A DNA stretch of 20,410 nucleotides, taken from Moniliella sp. 'wahieum'. Its lineage: Eukaryota. The DNA lies in assembly GCA_003971905.1 (NCBI GenBank), contig RSEE01000164.1:62001-82410 (forward strand), read 5' to 3'. The position numbers and the translations under genes were made by a program. Positions 11,501-20,410 of the stretch are shown here, one piece after another. The notes beneath the pieces were generated by a model, which was not told where the DNA came from, did no database searches, and saw nothing but the letters and a program-made list of their open reading frames with translations. How positions within the stretch are numbered: the first letter of the stretch is position 1; each line of letters begins with the position of its first letter.

Positions 11501-13974
11501 CTTGAGGTATTCGAGCAGGGTTACCCGCGTGTTCTGGTCCTCCTCCCGAATAATTTCACGCAGCGAAAGCAGAATCTTCTCCGAATAGTGGGGCGTCAAC
11601 ACAGTAAAGGTCGGCATTGCGTCGACAGGCAAAGGCTCGGGCAGCCAAGCGTCAAGGACTGCGCAAAGAAGCTAATACGACGCTCTGCCTCCGATCCGTG
11701 AGGGAAGAATTCGGGCTTGCGCCCAGACTGGCCTTGGCTGGTAAAGAAAAGTGGGGCACGGAGGATACGCTTAGTGCCATCGGCCGAAGCGACCTGGTGG
11801 TAGAGCAGGTTCTGCACGTGGTCGATGGACAACAGGTGCTCGCGGTACATGGAGATGATGATGGCGTTCCACACCTGAGAAACCAGTACCTTGGGCTTGT
11901 ACTTGACTTCCATGTCGGCCGTGGCAAGAAGCTTGGCGTAGATTCGCTTCGGCAAGCGCTGGAACATGTCGCTCCAAGGAGTCCAGATCGAGATGCCAGA
12001 GCGGAAGGCCCAGCCGATACTAAAGGTTGTGCTCCAGATCACGTACCAAAGATACGAATCGAGGAAGAAGGACACAGATCCAGAACGAACATGGCTGCCA
12101 AAGTGAAAGCAGGTTGGTTCTTGCATAGGTTGTGGCCAAAGTACTTGTCGTCACAGTTCTGTACCGTCATGTGCACCATAATGGCCAGGGTCTCGGAACG
12201 AAAGTGTGAGGAAAAAGTACGACTCGGTCAACTTGCATCCAAATACAAGGACCCAGAGTAGAATGCTGATCGTTCGGCGGGTCCAGGGAAGAGTGGGGTA
12301 AGAAGCAGTAAATGTCTGGCTGGCGAGGTATTTGCGGGACCGCCCGCCGACCCGGTCGCCAAACATGCGCCCACTCGGCACTAGACCGAGGAACACAGTT
12401 ACACATGCGGAGAAGCGATGCCCACATACGACACAATCTTGGGCGCCGAGCCGTGCGGGTGCCAGCCAAACACATAGATGGCAGGGCACATGGAGAGGCC
12501 CAGAGAAACACCGAGGAAGATCAAACGACGCACGAGCAGCATGTAGTTGTGCCAGGTAGCGTTGAGGAACGAGGCTTCAGCGAGCGTACCACAGATCATA
12601 ATGAACGAAGAGACAGCGCCACCGAGGGATGCGGCCGAAAGCTTCTGCTCGATCGTTGGTGTCTGCTGTGTGTAGATCTTGGGAGCGTTGGGACTGAAAT
12701 CGAGATGAATTAGTTAGAGCAACAGAGAGGGAGAAGGTCACGTACGCGTAGTGAAGTACCAGAAAGCCGAAATGTGAAGAATCCAGATGCGGTTGAAGTT
12801 GACAAGGAGATGGAGTAAAGAACGTTTCTCTTTGTAGGTCTTAAAGAAGACTTTAGCCCAGTTGATCTTGTCAAACTTCATGAACCGTTGCGAAGTGGGT
12901 ACATCGACAAGGCGAGTGCCATCCTGAAGGATGATGCGCGAAATGCCCTGTGGGTACCAAAAGAGCTGGTTGACGTCGTCATAACCAACAATTTTGTCGT
13001 GGTCGCGCTCGCGCTTGATGAACTTGCCGTCAACGACCTCAAAGATCTGGTCGCGCATAAACCGGTAGAGGGGCTTGATGACCGCACGGAGGTAGAGGCC
13101 CTCCGGGACTGGGTCCATCCGGTTCTGGCACTCTGGCGAGCGGTAGTAGTCATCGGCACACTTAAAGATGAAACACAGGCACTCTGGCGTCAGCCGCACC
13201 TGTCCAGCTTCACCCCAGCATAGTAGCCAAAGGGCAATCTGGCGCATCCGGTCGTAATCGTTCATCCGGTTCATCGCATCACGCCAGCGAGTGGCGGCGC
13301 TCTCGAGGGACTTGGTGCTAGCGCTCATCAAGGCCGATGAACGGCTCTGCTTCTTTCCTTTGGCACCCTTGGCACCAGCGGAAGAAGGACCACGGCGCAA
13401 CGATGTGGCCCGGCTCAATCCCAAGTTCTGGGCCTTTCCAATAGCATCGTCGAGGTCGAGCTGCGCAGCAAAGTACCATTTACGGTAGTTGCTGTTTTCG
13501 CCACCAATAAGTCGGCGTGGATGGTGGCGAGAGCGACGGTAGGACTCATGCGGCTGGCACGACTGTCGAGCATGATCATTAGGTGGTCGTACATGTTGCG
13601 CATGGAGTCCTTCTGAAACCCAAACTTGGCGGTCAAGTCAATGAAGATGTCTTCAATCTCCTCCTTGGAGAGAGGGATGTTGTGCTCGACAGTCCAAGCG
13701 GGGTAGGGCTCGCGCTGGCGAAAGGGAGGGGCCGCAGCGGCAGTGGGGTCGTACTGGGCGTAAGGCATGCTGTACGAGCTAGGGGCATAGCTCCCACGGC
13801 TCTTGGGGTCGATGGAGGCGGTGGCGGCATGACCGGCGGCGGTGTTGCCGTCAAGGCTGTCGGAGCCATCGAAGGAGGCAAGGCCGTGGTGGGGAGGGAG
13901 CAAGTCCGCGTCGGGGCCAGAGGGGCGAGTGCGCCGCCGCCATAGCCGCCAGCTGCGGGGGGCACCGAACCCAT
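8589..13974 (-). CDS. FKS1: 1,3-beta-glucan synthase catalytic subunit (GT48); at least two introns, multiple apparent frameshifts, start approximate
   Basis: Motifs [178 protein letters not shown]. The corrected C-terminus is ..YHCTICKSF* (TAG 8589-8591). Likely start is [14 protein letters not shown] at 13974. Confidence 0.97.
8858..8923 (-). other. Spliceosomal intron in FKS1 (66 nt)
   Basis: GTACGT donor, ACTAAC branch point, CAG acceptor. Removal gives SADFIL-CHILLF. Confidence 0.9.
12694..12745 (-). other. Spliceosomal intron in FKS1 (52 nt)
   Basis: GTACGT donor, CTAACTAAT branch region, TTTCAG acceptor, lying between FWYFT and NAPKIY. Confidence 0.85.
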
Positions 13975-14001
13975 CGTCGTCGGGTGTCGGCGTCGAGGGA
14001 A

Positions 14002-14046
14002 GGGGGGGGGGGGGAGAAGTGGTGGTGGTGGTGGTGGTGGTGGTGG
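14002..14046. repeat. G13 homopolymer plus (GTG)9 microsatellite just upstream of the predicted FKS1 start
   Basis: Directly visible: 13 G at 14002-14014, then gtg x9 from 14019. Confidence 0.9.
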
Positions 14047-14980
14047 CAAACGGGGGGGCAGGCGAGGGGCGCAGGGGGCGCATCCAACGGGCTTTGGCGG
14101 CTGGGCTGAGCTCGCAGCTGCTGCCGTCTGTCGCCCTGCGTCCCGCCCGCCGCGCTCCGCCGGCCAGATCGGCCGGCTGCGTGGGGACGCATGCCACACC
14201 GCACACGGGCGCCGTGCCTGGCAACCCACCCTGCTGGGGGCCAGTGTCACCCGCGCAGCTCCGCCACTGCCAGCGGCGGCGGCCAGCCACCCCAGCTCCG
14301 CCACACTGGCCTGCTGCGCCCCGTCCCTGCCGGCATGTGCCGGCAGCCCGATGATCGGTGACCACGATGACAGCTCCTTCGCTTCGACGGCCCATCCGCT
14401 AGCGAGACCAGGGTGCACGCCCAGCGCTGCAGGGGGGCAGTCATGCTCAGGGCGCACTTGGCTCGACGGCATGCGGCACGCCGGCGCCCACCGGCAGTGC
14501 GGTGGGCGCACCGGGCACCTGCCCACACACGCGCGAGACTGTCAGGGCGCTGCACGCAGACTGCCCGTGTGCGGCGCTGTCGGCTGCCCCCTGGCCACTA
14601 GCCCCCGGCAGGCACCCACTCGCCTCCTGCAGGTAGGGTTGGCCCGACGTCGGGTCCCCGAGCGCAGATCGTCGATGTTGCTCGCACATCCTAGCAGTAG
14701 GCCAGTGGCCCACGCCAATCGCCTTGCCCAGCGCTGCAGCCTGCACGGGGGGCAGTTTGCAAATTCGATTTGGATTGCCACTGGAAAACGCCCAGCACGA
14801 TCAGAGAGCAGTGCATTCAAATTTCCCGTCAGTAGTGGTAGGTGTTACCTCGTCGCGTCGGTCGGGGGAGCCGGTAGCAAAAGGTAGCCAACCTCAGGTA
14901 CGGCAATCCACCATCGTCACCAGGCGCTCCGCCCATTGGCTCGGTGTGCCCCCCCGAAAAAATGCTATTGAAAAAAGAAA

Positions 14981-15066
14981 CTCTCCGACCGGGAATCGAA
15001 CCCGGGTCTCGTCCGAACGCCCGTCGACATGACAGGGACGTGTCATAGCCACTAAACTATCGGAGA
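14981..15066 (-). tRNA. tRNA-Asp(GTC) with a 14-nt intron at 37/38 (intron 15016-15029)
   Basis: Minus strand reads TCTCCGA TA GTTT AGTGGCTA TGAC A CGTCC CT GTC A [TGTCGACGGGCGTT] C GGACG AGAC CCGGG TTCGATT CCCGG TCGGAGA G. Acceptor, anticodon and T stems pair perfectly; G73 discriminator; intron GACGGG can pair with the anticodon region; terminator TTTCTTTTTT. Confidence 0.96.
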
Positions 15067-15432
15067 GGTACAGTCAATGTGACCCCTGTTACGTATTCAA
15101 GTCCTCATTAAATCTGGGTGCTGTCTTTACTGGTCAAACTTCGTCAAATCCATTCAATCAACTCGACACACCGAAGGTACTCTCGACCATCCATCCTAGA
15201 CGGGCTATCAGTACACATTGCTCACTTGACGCGTTGGTCCCCAATCGAAAGGGCTCGCGCCGCTGTCATCGAGCGTCCTGACCGTACCACATCCACTCGT
15301 ACTGTCGTCTCCACACTGAGAAAGTTATATACCACCTAGTAGACCCTTCATGTACAGATGCTACCCAGCAATACATTCATTCGTCACTCATTCACACGGC
15401 GTCGTTTCTCAAAGTAATGGAATCTGAAGGGG

Positions 15433-16960
15433 TCACGATACGTTGTGCCATCCTACGTGTCGTTGTGTATAATGGGGGCTGAAGGTGGAAAGAGGGTCAA
15501 GGGTAGGGGTCCCCATATTTGGACGAGTCCTGCTCTTGAAACGAGCTGGTTTGGTTGATACAAGGAGGGTGGACACTACTGCTGGTAATGGGCAGCAAGG
15601 TATGCTTCGGGTGCATCGGGAACACATCCGATCGAGAAGGGCGGTGGGTTCCGACGGTATGAAGGAGACGGAGGTAGATGGGAATGGTGAGACTAGGCCA
15701 GGAGAATATGCCACCCCGACCATTTCGGATTCGAAGGAGGGTTGCTTGCCAATGGCCATGGGGACAATGGTCTCCACCATGGTTGCCGAATGGGGTGAGA
15801 GTGAGTGGGGAGAGCCAAGTGAGCGAGGGAAGCAAGGTGACGCAGGCGAGTCCACCTCTCGTCCCACTCCGGGAGTTGATGAGGGCCCAGCCTATGCCTC
15901 CTGTGGCCTGCCTTTTTAAGCGACTAGATGGATATGCCAAAAAATAGAGGGTATCGTGTTTTGCATGTCAGTGTACAATGGGGTTTAGAAACCTGATCAA
16001 AGGTGAGAGGCCAGCGTACCGTTATGCACCGTGGTCCTACCGCCAGGGCAAGGACAGAATGCACGACAAGAATGGTGCTTCCCAAAAGAGTGTCGCGGGT
16101 GGAAGAGGCTGTGACCCAGTAGGCATGCGCCACCAACGCATACACCTCCACCATCATGGCCAGGACAAAGTACCGGAGAGAATCAAGCAGCAGCTGGGAG
16201 TGAATCTCGTTGCTACGCCCGACGTTCCGCACCGAGTAAAGAACCGTATAGGTTGTTCCGACCAACCCGAGGTCCTGCACCAGACTCAGCGCGTAAGTCA
16301 CCAACCCAGCGTAGCGATCGCATCGTGGCGGGCTGCAGTGGTATCCCATCTTTAGCGGAGGGACGCTTTCTGGCAGTCTAAATGGAGACAGCGCGTCAGT
16401 ATGTGAGCATGATATGGTAGGTCAATGTCTCGGCACGCTGGTCGCACTATAATGCATGGTGGGAGGAACCTGAAGGACGTACGTTTCCGTATGCGTGTGA
16501 AAGAGAAAGTAGATCCACGACGCTGCCTGGCCGACGATGAGTAAGATAAAAGCAGCGAGGAGGAGCTGTTTACGATAGGGGCAGTTGGATCGATGAGCTC
16601 CAATAATGGCACGGATGCGATAGGTGTAGTGCACTTGCATGTTGATGGACCCAAGAGCGACAAATGCAACAAAGCATCGTGCCGAAAGCTGACATGCACC
16701 TCGCCTTCCAAACGACAATGTAGCCACACACGTCGGTACGACCAGCACGCGTGCGATCAGCAAACATGTGGCAGGTACCATTCCTCGGCGGGTGTGCTTC
16801 TTGCTGAAAAGCTCGCGTAGCGCCGGAAGCACACAAATTGCATATCCGATGGAAACTGAGTCACTAGCTCCCATCCCAAAATTCCCGTGGCCACGAACGA
16901 GGTCCAAAGCAAGACGGAGGCACTGTACGTTTGCGTATCCAGCGCAGGCGACAACTCCAT
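15433..16960 (-). CDS. DUF6533-like multi-pass (about 7 TM) membrane protein with a Ser/Pro-rich tail; probable intron 15924-16019; frameshifted, 3' end uncertain
   Basis: MELSPALDTQTYSASVLLWTSFVATGILGWELVTQFPSDMQFV resembles the 'WDYLLTFxDE' N-terminal pattern. Then CLLIARVLV, YRIRAII, several hydrophobic helices, LLLDSLRYF (family pattern LLRDGxxYF) and, after splicing, PRCITSLKK (SRLILNLR-like). The family call is by recalled motifs only. Confidence 0.6.
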
Positions 16961-17754
16961 CGTACTTGCCCACTTTCTGTGGTGGCAGCACAAAAGGGAG
17001 TAATGTGGGAGAATACAACAGTGGATAGAGAAATGAGAAGAGTGGGCAATTAATCAGCGCAATGGCGGAGGCAGCGCGATGGCCTTGCTAAATGCACTGG
17101 GGCAAGCCACAGAAACTGAGTTGTGGGGTTGAGGACGTTAAGGCGTGACGCGTGTTGACGCGTGAAGGCGCTGCGCGCGCAGGCCGAGCGCTGGATTTAG
17201 ATACGCCCGACGCGGACGTAGAGAGACGACGTGGAACAGTTCTGTCTGTACCCCCAAGCTTCGCTGAGCTGGGAATGCCTGGTTTGTATATGCAAAAGAG
17301 GGGATATGCAGCTTCATGCATCATGAAGCTTCAGTATCCTATCCTATGGCCCCACCTACTTTTATTCTCTTTACCCCGCCCATCATGCGTGAGTTTTTCC
17401 ACAAAGTTCTTATACGAAAAGATCTTCGACTTCTTACCATACCCGTAACGAGTCCATATCACATTTGCAAAACGCAGCAAGGTCAGGCCGGTCAGGGGAC
17501 ATGCTCCGCCCACCGGGCTTGCTCATGCGGAGTTTGTTGCTAGTATGGGCGGGCACCTGAAGCCCTGGACTAGAGCCCGACGCATACTAAGCGTAAACAT
17601 GGGTTGATCGACTGGATGAGCGGGGTGGGACTGGGGAGGCACACGTGGCAGAGACCCCACGCCTCACGCTTCTCGCGACAGCCATTTGAGGCTGCAACCC
17701 ACGCCTCACCGTATAGCCTCTGAGACTCCATAACCGTGTGCAGCCGAGATCGCG

Positions 17755-17867
17755 TGCCCTCTGGTGCTGCCCTCAGAGAGACATCTGTACGCTTGTGCTC
17801 ACGCGTGGTTAGTGATTGTATTGCCGAGCTGGTCTGCCCTCTGGTGCCTCCGTCAGAGAGCGACCAG
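17755..17867 (+). repeat. Two 26-nt imperfect direct repeats (23/26 identical, starts 80 nt apart), each self-complementary
   Basis: TGCCCTCTGGTGCTGCCCTCAGAGAG at 17755-17780 and TGCCCTCTGGTGCCTCCGTCAGAGAG at 17835-17860. The second is closed by an outer CTGGTC/GACCAG stem (17829-17867). Confidence 0.8.
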
Positions 17868-18800
17868 AGAAGGTCTGCATGGTTCGTCTCTCTCGCCTTC
17901 GACCCACCCTTGTCCGTCTTCTCTCTTTGGCTGCCTCGCTCACATGGTTCACCTCGCCTGTGTGGTCCTCTTGCTTGGCTGGTTTGCCTTTTGCCGTCGT
18001 ACGTCCCCGTCCTTCGTGCCTGGAGTTGTCCTGCCACTTACACTGTCTGCCCAGCTGCTGCATGCACGCAATCCCACGGTTGGGTCGTCTCACCTTGTTA
18101 GCCTCCACTCAGTACTCATCTGACTTGCTTCGCCGTCATTCGTCCCTTCTGTCATATACCGACGCTGTTCATGACCTCGTCCGTCCTGTCCGTGTACATT
18201 CCGACTTCATCCCGTTTGTCCTCGCTACTGGCTCCCTTGATCGCCTGACCCGTGAGTCCGTCGCACATCTTCTGTGTCTCTCGCTAGCCCTCTGTTCTAC
18301 TGCTGACGACTTGGCCAGCTTCTCTTAGTGCGCGCTCCCCAACACTTACCTACCACTTGCTGTGCAGCTCACTCTGCTCTACTGCGTTGTGGTGCTTCGG
18401 TCTTAATACGTCACCTATCCGTGGTTGCTGTGTAATCGCTTCCCAGCGATCTTCGAATGCATTTTATACCTACAAAAGATAACTGCCCTGCCTGTAAGTT
18501 TCTCCTGACTTCGCTTGCCCCTGGCTTTTACTGCCGCTTTTCCGGAGACTCTTTTCGGATAGTGGTGGGAGCGGAGTGCTGATGGCTGATGGCGAGGCGC
18601 TGGGTTGGGGACGCACCAACGCAGTGTTCCCACGGTAAATGAGGGGCGGGGTAATTGGGTTGTGGCGACGCGTGGCCAGCGGAATGGGTGGGTCGCAGGC
18701 AGAGCCGAGCGTCGCGGCCGGGCGGAATTGCAGCCCCGGCCACACAGTGGTGTTAGGTCTGGGGCTAGGCTGCCTCCACAGCCCCTCCACCACCGCCACG

Positions 18801-18829
18801 CGACGACGCGACGACGACGACGACGACGA
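18801..18829 (+). repeat. (CGA)n microsatellite running directly into the RAD23 ATG
   Basis: cgacgacg followed by (cga)7; the last A is the A of the ATG at 18829. Confidence 0.9.
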
Positions 18830-20312
18830 TGCAGGTGACGATCAAGGCTTTAACCGGGGGCAGTTATGCCATTGATGTGAACCCCAGTGACACTGTATGT
18901 ATGATTTTCTCCTCAAGTGCATGGATGGCCGGCTGATTTGCTCCCCTCGCTGCAGATCCTTGTGGTCAAGGAGAAGATTGCGGCGGCCAAAGGCCATGCA
19001 GTGGAGCAGCAAAAGATCATCTTTGCCGGTAAGATCTTGGCAAATGATCAGACCATCGAGACATGCCACATCAAAGAGAAGGACTTTCTCGTGAGCATGG
19101 TTTCTAAGGCCAAACCTAAGCCTGCCGCCAAGCCTGTTGCTTCTACCTCTGCCTCTGTCTCCGCGTCCTCTTCCTCTTCCGCCCCCACCCCGCCGGTGCC
19201 TCCGCTTCCACCTCCACGGCACCCTCAGCGTCCGCTCCCGATTCCACCGCCACGAACCACTGAAAGAAACCTCGACACAGCCTCCCCAGCGCAACCCAAG
19301 GAGACCACCGAGGACACGCCTAAGCCGGGACCCGAGCAGGAGACCAAAGAGACTTCCACTACGGAAGAAGCGTCCTCGGCAACTCCCATCGTCCCTGCAC
19401 CCGCGACGGCCAACCCTCCCACCGAGACCGCCTCTGCATCTTCAGCACCCGCACCAGAGACAGGCACTGCAATGTCAAGTAATGCGTTCCTCGCTGGCGC
19501 CGCGCTGCGGACGGCCATTGACCAAATGGTCGAGATGGGCTTCCCTCTGGCAGAGGTGGAACGGGCAATGCGTGCGTCCTACAATAACCCTGACAGGGCG
19601 GTTGAGTACTTGATGACGGGCATCCCCGCTAGCCTGGGATTGGATCAAGCTCCGCCTACTTTGCCTGCCTCTGCGGCACGCGGCACGCATGCTGCCACCG
19701 AGTCCACGGCGGGGTGTAACGACGGGCGCAACGACGGGCGCAACGACGGGTCAAGCGGCTGTCTCTCCCGCTACGGCTCGCCCGCCTGCCCGCGCAGGCG
19801 CAGCCAACTTATTCGAAGCGGCAGCGGCAGCGACGCAAGGCGGTGCCGAGCCGACGGAGCGGGGAGCGGGACCCACAGTGGCCAACTGTCCAGGAACAGA
19901 AGTGAGGCGTTGGACCTGGCCAACCCGGCGGTACTGCGACAACTGCAAACGCTGGCCGAGCAAAATCCAGCGGCGTTGGAACCCTTGGTTCGTGCGATCG
20001 GGCAGCAAAACCCTATGTTGGCGGCAGCGCTAGAGCGTAACCCAGCCGAGGTCCTGCGTCTTTTGACGGCCTTTGGTACAGGTGCAGGTGCAGGTGTGGG
20101 GGCGGGAGCGGGGGGAGGAGGCGCCGCTGGCGCCGCTGCTGAAACCGTGTCGATCGAATCACTTCCCGAGGCAGAGCGCGCGGAGGTCAGGTCCATTGTC
20201 GATCTCGGTGTGCCGGAACAGCAGGCCGTGGAAGTGTACTTGCTCTGTGGGAAAAAACGTCGAGCTGGCCGTGTCGTACTACTTTGAGCACCCGGAAGAT
20301 TTTGTCGATTAG
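18829..20312 (+). CDS. RAD23: UV excision repair / proteasome shuttle protein Rad23 (UBL-UBA1-XPC binding-UBA2); exon 1 18829-18894, exon 2 from 18956, several apparent frameshifts
   Basis: UBL: MQVTIKALTGGSYAIDVNPSDT|ILVVKEKI..QQKIIFAGKILANDQTIETCHIKEKDFLVSMVSK. UBA1: QMVEMGF..VERAMRASYNNPDRAVEYLMTGIP. NLFEAAAAA lies in an alternate frame. XPC-binding: QNPAALEPLV..IGQQNP. UBA2: SIVDLG..LCGKNVELAVSYYFE. Confidence 0.96.
18895..18955 (+). other. Spliceosomal intron in RAD23 (61 nt)
   Basis: GTATGT donor, GCTGAT branch point, CAG acceptor; a phase-0 join restores the UBL domain. Confidence 0.92.
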
Positions 20313-20335
20313 CAAAAAACGGTCTTGTGGGGTTA

Positions 20336-20410
20336 CCCTGTGCCCTGTGTCCCTGTGCCCTGTGCCCCTGTGCCCTGTGCCCCTGTGCCCAGTGCCCAGT
20401 GCCCAGTGCC
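20336..20410. repeat. 7-mer tandem repeat CCCTGTG switching to CCCAGTG, running to the window end
   Basis: About 10 units, some 8 nt long, starting 24 nt after the RAD23 stop codon. Confidence 0.92.

Noticed and set aside
8589..13974. Calling FKS1, ABZ1, RAD23 or SYO1 pseudogenes or split multi-gene clusters
   Set aside because: Fragments are collinear and highly conserved, and the breaks are 1-nt indels typical of read error.
14284..14290. CAGCCAC Crz1-like site upstream of FKS1
   Set aside because: A single 7-mer in GC-rich DNA is expected by chance.
13975..14887. Long GC-rich ORFs upstream of FKS1, including the N-terminal part of 13415-14395
   Set aside because: Low-complexity Arg/Ala/Gly/Pro translations open on both strands because of high GC; they run through a microsatellite and a G13 tract, consistent with a promoter or 5' UTR.
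17640..18565. Telomerase RNA or snoRNA-host interpretation of the non-coding unit
   Set aside because: I found no CTAACCCTAA-type template on either strand and no properly placed C/D or H/ACA boxes; the predicted introns are too short for typical snoRNAs.
19719..19750. 12-nt tandem repeat ACGACGGGCGCA in RAD23
   Set aside because: Encodes TTGA repeats in the disordered linker; ordinary coding slippage.

Overview
Gene-dense, GC-rich fungal genomic DNA, most likely a basidiomycete; Ustilaginomycotina-like is an inference from the FKS1 C-terminus, the few short introns and a DUF6533-type gene. Gene order: 3' part of a SYO1/HEATR3-like ARM-repeat gene (+); intron-containing tRNA-Glu(CTC) (-); a Pro/Ala-rich hypothetical gene (+); ABZ1 aminodeoxychorismate synthase (-); RPS26 (+), whose start codon appears split by an intron; FKS1 1,3-beta-glucan synthase (-); intron-containing tRNA-Asp(GTC) (-); a DUF6533-like multi-pass membrane gene (-); about 1 kb of apparently spliced but non-coding sequence (+); RAD23 (+); and a terminal 7-mer tandem repeat. 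Nearly every long CDS carries 1-nt indels, often in homopolymers. This is best explained by unpolished long-read error, so most supplied ORFs are fragments or shadow ORFs and CDS ends are approximate. I see no convincing new multi-gene system. The best leads are the intron-rich non-coding unit with twin hairpins upstream of RAD23, the A|TG-split RPS26 start with its palindromic promoter element, and oddities of the tRNA-Glu gene.
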